Positions 1 through 7,190 of a stretch of 64,000 nt of DNA are shown here, piece after piece. The position numbers were made by a program, and so were the translations under genes. The stretch is from a virus. The number at the start of each line of letters is the position of its first letter. Position 1 is the stretch's first letter. The DNA is taken from the IMG/VR virus record IMGVR_UViG_3300010883_024574, positions 1 to 64,000 of that record. The stretch is one strand, 5' to 3'. The notes beneath the pieces were generated by a model, which was not told the origin of the DNA, ran no database searches, and worked only from the letters and a program-made list of their open reading frames with translations.

Positions 1-28
1 GAGATGGGAAGCATCTCCTGTACTACCA
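1..28 (+). other. 3' end of a tRNA-like RNA, truncated by the window edge, with a non-canonical T-loop
   Basis: GAGAT/ATCTC 5-bp stem, 7-nt loop GGGAAGC, then 7 nt (CTGTACT) + A + CCA: exact T-arm/acceptor geometry. Confidence 0.35.
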
Positions 29-42
29 AAAACTGGAGGTTA

Positions 43-123
43 ATGATGCCAAGTGGCTGGAAGTACGGTTTAATCAAAGTCGCAATTGAAGATGAAGGTA
101 CTGAAAAATTGGTTGGAGAATAA
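43..123 (+). CDS. short 26-aa ORF, possibly truncated (MMPSGWKYGLIKVAIEDEGTEKLVGE)
   Basis: GGAGGT Shine-Dalgarno just upstream of ATG; translated by hand. Confidence 0.4.
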   Translation: MMPSGWKYGLIKVAIEDEGTEKLVGE

Positions 124-126
124 GTG

Positions 127-146
127 AATTCCGCCCGCCTCCACCA
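127..146 (+). other. isolated 3' fragment of tmRNA or tRNA-Ala
   Basis: AATT-CCGCC-CGCCTCC-A-CCA matches the T-loop end, 3' T-stem strand and the acceptor strand that pairs with GGGGGCG (G3:U70); the 5' T-stem strand is absent. Confidence 0.5.
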
Positions 147-187
147 TTTTACACTATTAAAAAAAAGAAAATGACTTAATCAAAAAG

Positions 188-460
188 ATGGGGAGAAGAA
201 TGAAACCTGAAATTAAAGATACAGATATTATCATCAGACGAGCAGCAAATGGCTGGATCGTTTTCAGTGGTTCAGAGTATGAAGCAGATCATTTTATGAC
301 AACAGTATTCGAGGACGGCGAACCTTGGGGAGAGCAAGAATCTCTGATGCATCTTTTCCGTGAGCATTTCTCTGGATACACCCAATCAAAAAAGCAGGGC
401 GGTATAAAGCTGGAAGTGCGAGAGAAGGGGTGGGATATCGAATATGAGAGGGAAGAATGA
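188..460 (+). CDS. hypothetical protein
   Basis: ORF in a tight + strand run; ATGA overlap with the next gene. Confidence 0.7.
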   Translation: MGRRMKPEIKDTDIIIRRAANGWIVFSGSEYEADHFMTTVFEDGEPWGEQESLMHLFREHFSGYTQSKKQGGIKLEVREKGWDIEYEREE

Positions 461-675
461 GGACAACATCACTTAGAACAATCTACATCACAAGGGAAGA
501 GTTAAAGCAGGCCTTAACCAGTTGGATAGAACTAGAACATAAAGATACAGGACTGACAGCCCATTTGGCAGAGAATGAATGTGATATGTCTTGGTCACAG
601 GATGGGAAAGAGTTTGTTATCTCAATGGACGGAGAGTTTGTTGAGGCCGATGACGGGGCTAAAGAAGATGAATGA
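457..675 (+). CDS. hypothetical protein
   Basis: coupled start/stop overlap. Confidence 0.7.
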   Translation: MRTTSLRTIYITREELKQALTSWIELEHKDTGLTAHLAENECDMSWSQDGKEFVISMDGEFVEADDGAKEDE

Positions 676-934
676 AGAACTGGATGGGGAACAAGATAAT
701 GGACATTATATCGTAAAAGTCCAAGAAACACCAGATGGGGAGTCATTTGTTGAACTGCCTCAAGAACTAATAGACCAACTTGGCTGGGAAGCTGGTGATG
801 CTGTTGAATGGAATGAGACAGAGATCTGCGAAGATTGGGGAGAACACATGGGACTCGTACTGTCTAATCAATCCAAACGGTTTCGTGAGGCCACGGAAGC
901 TATCAAACAGGCAGTATCAATTGATATGGAGTAA
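668..934 (+). CDS. AbrB/MazE/SpoVT-like small DNA-binding protein
   Basis: VELPQELIDQLGWEAGDAVEW is the typical swapped-hairpin pattern; ATG at 668 overlaps the upstream stop. Confidence 0.65.
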   Translation: MNEELDGEQDNGHYIVKVQETPDGESFVELPQELIDQLGWEAGDAVEWNETEICEDWGEHMGLVLSNQSKRFREATEAIKQAVSIDME

Positions 935-943
935 GGAAAATCG

Positions 944-1222
944 ATGACTAATGCGAAAGAAAGCGTTTGGAAGGATAGATATTCAGATCAATGTGATGAT
1001 GATCCTGGTGATTATCTTTCCAGAATAGAAGAAGATTCTATACTGATTAATGATATGGGGGCTATTGCTTGCAGCTTCGGGCCGGGTATTAGCATCGAAA
1101 CTCCCGGCGCAGGAATGATGCACTTAGATGCTGCTAGTTGGAATTGGCTTCGACACATTCTTGTGGAGTTAATTAATTCTCGCAAAAATTTTAATCAAGC
1201 GGACCTTAGTAATAAAAAATAA
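944..1222 (+). CDS. hypothetical protein
   Basis: ORF with AAGGA RBS. Confidence 0.65.
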   Translation: MTNAKESVWKDRYSDQCDDDPGDYLSRIEEDSILINDMGAIACSFGPGISIETPGAGMMHLDAASWNWLRHILVELINSRKNFNQADLSNKK

Positions 1223-1223
1223 C

Positions 1224-1252
1224 TTGATTTATTTTTATAATATGATTATAAT
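1224..1252 (+). promoter_or_regulatory. sigma70-type promoter
   Basis: TTGATT-17 nt-TATAAT in an intergenic gap. Confidence 0.65.
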
Positions 1253-1260
1253 AAAGAATG

Positions 1261-1289
1261 AATGGTAGGCGGATAATCTGCCTACCATT
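1261..1289 (+). promoter_or_regulatory. strong hairpin in the 5' leader of the 1352 gene
   Basis: AATGGTAGGCGGA-TAA-TCTGCCTACCATT inverted repeat. Confidence 0.6.
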
Positions 1290-1351
1290 TTACCGACGAG
1301 GCGCGGGACTGTAAATGCCTCATTAACACACACAGAGATAGGAGAATAGAA

Positions 1352-1555
1352 ATGAGTAATTCAAAAAACGGGTACGAACTTCGTGCAGACCTTTTGGGTA
1401 TGGCGATTGGTATTTTAGAAAATCGAGCAAATAGACTGCTCCAAAACGAACATTTAAAATCAGAAGGGCTACGCGAATCAGTAGAACCTTATACGACTGA
1501 CAATGTTCTTGAAGAAGCCGAAAAGCTTTATCAATTCGTTCAAGCTAAGAACTGA
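1352..1555 (+). CDS. conserved small phage protein (NGYELRADLL...AEKLYQFV type)
   Basis: AGGAGA RBS; motif resembles a family common in large phages. Confidence 0.75.
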   Translation: MSNSKNGYELRADLLGMAIGILENRANRLLQNEHLKSEGLRESVEPYTTDNVLEEAEKLYQFVQAKN

Positions 1556-1651
1556 TTGACAAAGGATGAAGTTACCCCGTTTGTAGCGGGTGGGTTGCAT
1601 AGCAGCAGGTAAGTTGGTTGGGTCTTACCACCTTATATCTTAGGATTAAGA

Positions 1652-2236
1652 ATGAATGAAGAATCAGATAAGAGGTTGGTCAAAAACTTTCCCCTTCTTT
1701 ATAGTGATAGATATGCCTCAAAGCAATCAACAGCTATGTGCTGGGGGTTTCCCGGCGATGGTTGGTTTGATATAATTTGGGATTTATCCTCAAAGCTTGA
1801 ACCTATTATTCAGAAGTTTATAGACGATAATCCAAATCTAGGTTGTTCTAACTGCACATGCAATAAGGATAAACACTATGCTTGGAAGACAAAGACTCCA
1901 GGGAAGTGTTCTGCAATTCATATTGATCCAAACTCAGAAGAGGCCCCTCCAGGAAATTATAGAGTCTGCTTTTGTAATGCTTATGTAAGCGGCCACCCAA
2001 GAGCGGCACAGGTTAAGGAAAAGTTTGGCAGTCTTAGGTTCTACATGACAATCGGAACAGATGAGGTCTATGCTATGATAAGCGAGGCCGAAGAACTCTC
2101 TTCCAAAACCTGTGAGGAATGTGGAGGGCCGGGAGAACAAAGGTCTGGCGGCTGGATACATACCCTTTGTAGTAATTGCCATAAAAATTGGGATAAAATT
2201 CGACAAGAAAGGTGGAATAATGTTAGATCCAAATAG
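1652..2236 (+). CDS. phage protein of the QVKEKFGxLRFY family with C-terminal CxxC...CxxC
   Basis: GDGWFDII, QVKEKFGSLRFY, TCEECG, TLCSNC motifs. Confidence 0.75.
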   Translation: MNEESDKRLVKNFPLLYSDRYASKQSTAMCWGFPGDGWFDIIWDLSSKLEPIIQKFIDDNPNLGCSNCTCNKDKHYAWKTKTPGKCSAIHIDPNSEEAPPGNYRVCFCNAYVSGHPRAAQVKEKFGSLRFYMTIGTDEVYAMISEAEELSSKTCEECGGPGEQRSGGWIHTLCSNCHKNWDKIRQERWNNVRSK

Positions 2237-2435
2237 TTTGATTGGGAAAGAAGTTCGCGCTCTAGATGATGACGATTACGGGCATCGTGTTTTGGTATAT
2301 TATTCAGAAATAGAAAAGTATATTGTTGAAAGCATTTACTGGAACAGTGGAGAGAAGGTAAATCCAAATTACCTCGGAAGCACTATCAGTAAAGATGCTT
2401 TATATAGTAAGTACGATGTAACTTCGGCAAGATAA
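2220..2435 (+). CDS. hypothetical protein
   Basis: ATG at 2220 after AGGTGG; abuts the next gene. Confidence 0.55.
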   Translation: MLDPNSLIGKEVRALDDDDYGHRVLVYYSEIEKYIVESIYWNSGEKVNPNYLGSTISKDALYSKYDVTSAR

Positions 2436-2810
2436 ATGAAGATACTCGTAAATAAACTTTTGCCATTACTATTATTTATCGGATGCGGATACGGCAAGAT
2501 TTATAAAGATCCTGGCAAGGTTTATGAAAAGGGTTTCAAAGCTCTTTCTGAAAGCCCCTGTATAGATGGGACTATCGTAAATATATACGAAGCAGGGTGT
2601 GAAGTGTTCTATTGGGGAGTTGATCCAAATGGCATTATTTTAAAGATGCGCTGTGCTTATGCTCCAAAGGACAGCCTGTGGACTAAGTCAACCTTTTATG
2701 CGGTTCCTAATAATCATTCTATTATTCATTCTAATTGGTTTTTATTTTGTGAGGATAGGCAAGTTAGCCTATACTCTGTCTCGCAAGGAGCTGAGCTAAA
2801 CAATGAATGA
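2436..2810 (+). CDS. putative lipoprotein
   Basis: basic N-terminus, hydrophobic stretch and lipobox-like FIG-C. Confidence 0.6.
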   Translation: MKILVNKLLPLLLFIGCGYGKIYKDPGKVYEKGFKALSESPCIDGTIVNIYEAGCEVFYWGVDPNGIILKMRCAYAPKDSLWTKSTFYAVPNNHSIIHSNWFLFCEDRQVSLYSVSQGAELNNE

Positions 2811-3024
2811 TGACGAAAGATCTGCCCTTAATGACAAAGAAATGCTTTTTACTCTTTTGACTGCTTTTGTCAAAAGGAGTGGAGGAGAAATAAAAATATC
2901 AGAAGATGAAATGGATGCTGTAACAAAGAAGGATATGGTTATGATGTATTATGATAAAGTTGCAAAAGAAATAATTTTATCAACATATATGCTGACCAGC
3001 CCCTTAAGTGATGAGACCTTTTAA
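2803..3024 (+). CDS. hypothetical protein
   Basis: overlapping start, AGGAG upstream. Confidence 0.65.
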   Translation: MNDDERSALNDKEMLFTLLTAFVKRSGGEIKISEDEMDAVTKKDMVMMYYDKVAKEIILSTYMLTSPLSDETF

Positions 3025-3038
3025 ACACTAGGAATATA

Positions 3039-3818
3039 ATGACTGCCAAAACAAACCCAGCATGGAAAGCTATTATAGCAGGACTTAAAGCATGTCCTCA
3101 GACGGACAGAAAGAGCCAATGGGCCGAGATTAGCTTTGATAATATCACCCCCCTCACCGAAGCTTGGAACGCTCTATCTCATAGGCGAAAGATTAAGGCC
3201 ATAAAGGATAAAAGATGGAATCATTATCCGCTGTCCTCTTGGACCCCTGCATCCTCAAAGCGTTATGGGGGAGCAATACAAGAACTTGTTGAATCTATTT
3301 TACTTAAGGATGAAGATGATGCAGAGATACTGAGGAGTCATTCCACTGGTATCTTTGCAATTTTCACCATTGACTTATCTCCCTCCAAAGCTCGCATTAA
3401 GGTTGCAAAAAGAAATATTGCATCAAAAGATACAAGACTAAGAGGAAGGTGTGCAAAGATACTTCCTGTTAAATATATGAAACACTTTGTTAATGACAAT
3501 AACTATGCCATTAGAAGTACCGCTATTCGGAGGGTTGGATTCGACAACTGCTATAGCATGTTTCTTCCTTCTAAAACAACCTTGCAGAGCATGAATACTT
3601 TTTATGGGGGTGTGGGATGGCTTGCCTATCAAGCCATCAGGCGAGCGTCTCTTGACGAAGTGGAGGAACTATTGCCGCTTATGTCTTCGGACACATTCCC
3701 TACCAGACTTGTTGAGTCTATTTTGGCAAAAATCCCAAAAGAAGATATTTTATATTATCTTAATAACGCCAATGTCTCGGAGAGGTCGTCAAAGATAATT
3801 CAGGCCAAACTACGATGA
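3039..3818 (+). CDS. alpha-helical HEAT/LRV-like repeat protein, paralog of 35107, 22696 and 35838
   Basis: S-K-D-x-R-L-R and N-D-x-x-Y-A-I-R repeat pattern; C-terminal half aligns by eye with 35107..35829. Confidence 0.55.
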   Translation: MTAKTNPAWKAIIAGLKACPQTDRKSQWAEISFDNITPLTEAWNALSHRRKIKAIKDKRWNHYPLSSWTPASSKRYGGAIQELVESILLKDEDDAEILRSHSTGIFAIFTIDLSPSKARIKVAKRNIASKDTRLRGRCAKILPVKYMKHFVNDNNYAIRSTAIRRVGFDNCYSMFLPSKTTLQSMNTFYGGVGWLAYQAIRRASLDEVEELLPLMSSDTFPTRLVESILAKIPKEDILYYLNNANVSERSSKIIQAKLR

Positions 3819-3833
3819 TAAGTTGAGGACATT

Positions 3834-4901
3834 ATGATTAAGACTATTGTATGCGACAAAGCAGATTGGCTGGTTAGGTTTATCCTGCCTTCTGATGAAC
3901 TGTTAAAGCTGAATCCAATTATCGCCGGAGGCTCTATGCTGTCAGTGTATCGCGCCATAAGGCTGCATGACACACCTGACAAGTGGGAGGGGCTAAGACG
4001 GGTTTTAGAGCGCAATCCAGCCAAGGCCAAGCTTGATAAGTTTGGCGACATTGATATTTGGTTTAATAAAGATAATCCAATTCATAATGATGGTCACGAA
4101 TACAACTGGTTAATGTCTGACTTAGAAGGTGTGGGAATAGTCGCCAAGGCAGTCGGCCCACTCAGCGACACACCGGGCCTTCTGCCCGGAAATAAGTTAG
4201 GGCTTTATAGGCTAAACAGAGTTAGTCGTTGGGCAAATTCATTCCTTTGTAACACCACCAAGGAGAGCAAGCCTTTGTCTAAAGAGATTCAGTTTATAAA
4301 GAAAGAGTTTTCCTCAGTAAGAAAGCTTCTAGAATCATTTGATTTTATAAACTGTTCTGTAGCATATTTTGATGGAAAGCTTTATTATGATGACAGAATT
4401 GATGAAGCTTTTTCGTCTTTTGAATTAAGATTAAACAACTCAAGTGTATATAGTAAAGACTCCGTTGCTATGAAGGTGTTTAATGCTCTAAGGGCATTTA
4501 AGTATGTTAACAGATATAGCCTTGATTTTTGCGAGCCTCTAACTGAACATATTTTTAAGCTGTATGTTGACTCAAAAGATATAGATTATGATGCTTATAA
4601 AGCTCATGTAATTGAGTTGGAAGAGCATTATGGCAAAACTATTTCTTCTGTAAATACATTAAAAGATATGGTTACTAGCTTTCATGGTACTTTTTTAAAG
4701 TTTTCAAAGATGAAGTATTTTAAAAAAGAATATTCTCTTTTCCTGGTAGACAAAGAACACTTGTTTCCCGGCTTGAAAAAGCTAATAGGGGGAGACAGTC
4801 TGGCTATCAGCAATGAAATCAAACCAAACTATTACAACGCTAACATCAAATGTTATCTAAAGTCCCCTATTAAATTCAAGAGTCAGTTCAAAGTCATTTG
4901 A
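3834..4901 (+). CDS. Pol-beta-fold nucleotidyltransferase-like protein
   Basis: IAGGS...GDIDIWF...IQFI...SFDFINC motif series. Confidence 0.6.
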   Translation: MIKTIVCDKADWLVRFILPSDELLKLNPIIAGGSMLSVYRAIRLHDTPDKWEGLRRVLERNPAKAKLDKFGDIDIWFNKDNPIHNDGHEYNWLMSDLEGVGIVAKAVGPLSDTPGLLPGNKLGLYRLNRVSRWANSFLCNTTKESKPLSKEIQFIKKEFSSVRKLLESFDFINCSVAYFDGKLYYDDRIDEAFSSFELRLNNSSVYSKDSVAMKVFNALRAFKYVNRYSLDFCEPLTEHIFKLYVDSKDIDYDAYKAHVIELEEHYGKTISSVNTLKDMVTSFHGTFLKFSKMKYFKKEYSLFLVDKEHLFPGLKKLIGGDSLAISNEIKPNYYNANIKCYLKSPIKFKSQFKVI

Positions 4902-4902
4902 A

Positions 4903-5103
4903 GTGACCAATCACAAAATGAAGTCCTTAAAAAAGATAGAAAAGCTTGAAGAAAAAAATAGTATTTTAAAGGATCACGCCCGTTCAGAGCTAACAGATGA
5001 AGAGCTTGAAACGGTTATAGGCGGCATGTCAAAAGGGGCATACGATAGGTATGTAATCAAAATTATTAATGAGCATAATTCTTTAAAAATTGGTAATGAA
5101 TAA
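4903..5103 (+). CDS. small peptide with a double-glycine (bacteriocin/Nif11-type) leader motif
   Basis: ELTDEELETVIGG followed by a 25-aa tail; start may be ATG at 4918. Confidence 0.6.
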   Translation: MTNHKMKSLKKIEKLEEKNSILKDHARSELTDEELETVIGGMSKGAYDRYVIKIINEHNSLKIGNE

Positions 5104-5115
5104 CCATATAGAGCA

Positions 5116-6000
5116 ATGAAGAACCTATTACCTTATGAAATATTATCTACTGAAAGTTCTATTAACAATAGGACTTTAGAAAACCTTTATCATAAAGGAC
5201 AGTCTAATATTTGGGATGGAAAAGAAGTTCTATCCTCTTTGATTAATGAGTATGGAGAGACTACTTTATCAAAAGATCAAGTTAAATCAATAGAAAATAT
5301 CTTCTCCGTTATTTTCTGGGGAGAGTATGCCGCATGGAACATATCTTCTGAGCTTGCATTAAAACTTGAGTCTTTTGAGGCTAAAATGGCAGCTACATCA
5401 CAAGCTCATGATGAGGCCAGACACTTCTATGTCATGCGAGATTACCTAAATTACATAGGAGTTGAGCCAAAGCCCTTACCTCGTAACGCCGCAAGAGCAT
5501 TAAATTTTGTGCTGAATACTGATAATTTGGCAAAAAAGCTATTAGGTATGCAGCTAATGGTTGAACCAATAGCTATAACTATTTTCAAACTTGTAATGCA
5601 GAGCAAGATTGACCCTGTATTGTGTAATTTGCTAAAGTTATATGAAATAGACGAGGCGCGACATATTGCGTTGGGAGTCAAATACCTCCCCTCTTTAATA
5701 AAGAATATGAATTATTATGAGGTTATAAACTTGTTTGTTTGGCAGTTACGTCTGATGCTTATCGAGGTTGATGGGTTGAAGGAACTTCAAGGGGATTTTG
5801 AAAACTTAGGCTTCAATATTGACGAAGTATATGCGTTAGCTGAAAACAAGCAATTAGAAGCTGCAAGACTCATGAGTGATGAACTTGGATTGAAATATCC
5901 GCCTTGGGTAATTATGAAAAATGTTGTAAAGATAAAAAAAAATCTAAAGCTTTCTGATAATTTATTCATATCTAATATATTAAATTACATTAATTCATAG
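5116..6000 (+). CDS. ferritin-like diiron protein (AurF/desaturase-like superfamily)
   Basis: E (WGEYAA)...DEARH...E (VEPIA)...DEARH carboxylate-bridged diiron ligand set. Confidence 0.85.
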   Translation: MKNLLPYEILSTESSINNRTLENLYHKGQSNIWDGKEVLSSLINEYGETTLSKDQVKSIENIFSVIFWGEYAAWNISSELALKLESFEAKMAATSQAHDEARHFYVMRDYLNYIGVEPKPLPRNAARALNFVLNTDNLAKKLLGMQLMVEPIAITIFKLVMQSKIDPVLCNLLKLYEIDEARHIALGVKYLPSLIKNMNYYEVINLFVWQLRLMLIEVDGLKELQGDFENLGFNIDEVYALAENKQLEAARLMSDELGLKYPPWVIMKNVVKIKKNLKLSDNLFISNILNYINS

Positions 6001-6009
6001 GAGTATTAG

Positions 6010-6336
6010 ATGGCAATTACAATGACCGATCTTGCTATAGACAGGATTCAAGATTTAATGAAGAAAACACAGTGTGAAGACTCCTATCTAAGAATAGGGT
6101 TAAAAAGTGGGGGATGCTCTGGCTTGTCTTATCATTTTGATTTTACAAAAGAAGCGGAAGAATTTGATAAAGTATTTGAGTTTGAAGCAGTAAAGGTTTG
6201 TATTGATAAAAAATCTTATTTATTTTTAAATGGAATGGAGATTGACTATGAAGAAACTCCTTTTAAATCTGGTATAATGTTAAATGTTCCCAGCGTAACA
6301 AGAACCTGTGGTTGCGGAGAGTCTGTAACCTTTTAG
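6010..6336 (+). CDS. iscA: A-type Fe-S cluster carrier (HesB/IscA family)
   Basis: LRIG..GGCSG.SY and C-terminal TCGCGES motifs. Confidence 0.92.
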   Translation: MAITMTDLAIDRIQDLMKKTQCEDSYLRIGLKSGGCSGLSYHFDFTKEAEEFDKVFEFEAVKVCIDKKSYLFLNGMEIDYEETPFKSGIMLNVPSVTRTCGCGESVTF

Positions 6337-6355
6337 TATTGAGTGGAGATTATAA

Positions 6356-6826
6356 ATGTCTGATGGACATACAGACGCTTGGATGATAACTAGAGAGTTT
6401 GATAAGCGACGAGCGCATGATTATAGGCCGTCTTGGGATGATATATGGTCAAACTTTGCAAAGTCTATAGCAAAGCGTTCTCATGACCCAAAATATAAAG
6501 TTGGTGCAGTAATTGTTACTGATGATAACTCTCAAGTCTTAGCAATAGGCTATAATGGAGATCAAAAAGGCGGGCCAAACAAAAGAGATTCCCTCAAGGC
6601 TGGGGAGTCTGGGTTTATCCATGCAGAATTAAATGCTTTGATAAAATGTGATTATAACTTTCCTAAAGATAAAAAATTATATGTGACCCTATCTCCATGT
6701 GTTGCTTGTGCAAAAGCCATAATAAATGCCGGAATAAAACATGTGACTTATATAACAAAATATACCAACGAAGGTATAGAGTTGCTTGAGAAACATGGGA
6801 TAAGCGTAACAAGGTATCAGTGTTAA
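6356..6826 (+). CDS. dCMP deaminase (ComEB-like)
   Basis: KVGAVIV, GYNG, HAELNA, TLSPCVAC. Confidence 0.92.
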   Translation: MSDGHTDAWMITREFDKRRAHDYRPSWDDIWSNFAKSIAKRSHDPKYKVGAVIVTDDNSQVLAIGYNGDQKGGPNKRDSLKAGESGFIHAELNALIKCDYNFPKDKKLYVTLSPCVACAKAIINAGIKHVTYITKYTNEGIELLEKHGISVTRYQC

Positions 6827-6827
6827 A

Positions 6828-7178
6828 ATGAAATTAAACAGTATTCGTATTTCTACAGCCCTTGGTATAGTTGGGCAAAATGGAATTTTTTCAAATCAAG
6901 GTTTCAAATCTGGTGATACAGTCCTGTCTCTAACAGGAGAAGTGTCGCCTAACCCTACCCGTACCTCTATAAAGGTTGCCGAGAAAGAACATATTGAGGA
7001 TAGTGTTGGAAACTTTATTAATCATAACTGCAATCCTTCTTGCAAGATTGATGGAATCAAAGTTATTGCTCTAAAAAATATAAAAAATGGAGAAGAAATA
7101 ACTTTTGACTATTCTAAAAATGAAGATAAATTAGCAAACCCCTTTATATGCTCCTGCTGTAACAGGCTTGTTTCTTAA
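6828..7178 (+). CDS. SET-domain protein (putative methyltransferase)
   Basis: GIFS, FINHNCNPSC, GEEITFDY and a short post-SET CxC. Confidence 0.88.
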   Translation: MKLNSIRISTALGIVGQNGIFSNQGFKSGDTVLSLTGEVSPNPTRTSIKVAEKEHIEDSVGNFINHNCNPSCKIDGIKVIALKNIKNGEEITFDYSKNEDKLANPFICSCCNRLVS

Positions 7179-7190
7179 CACGGAGAAAAA

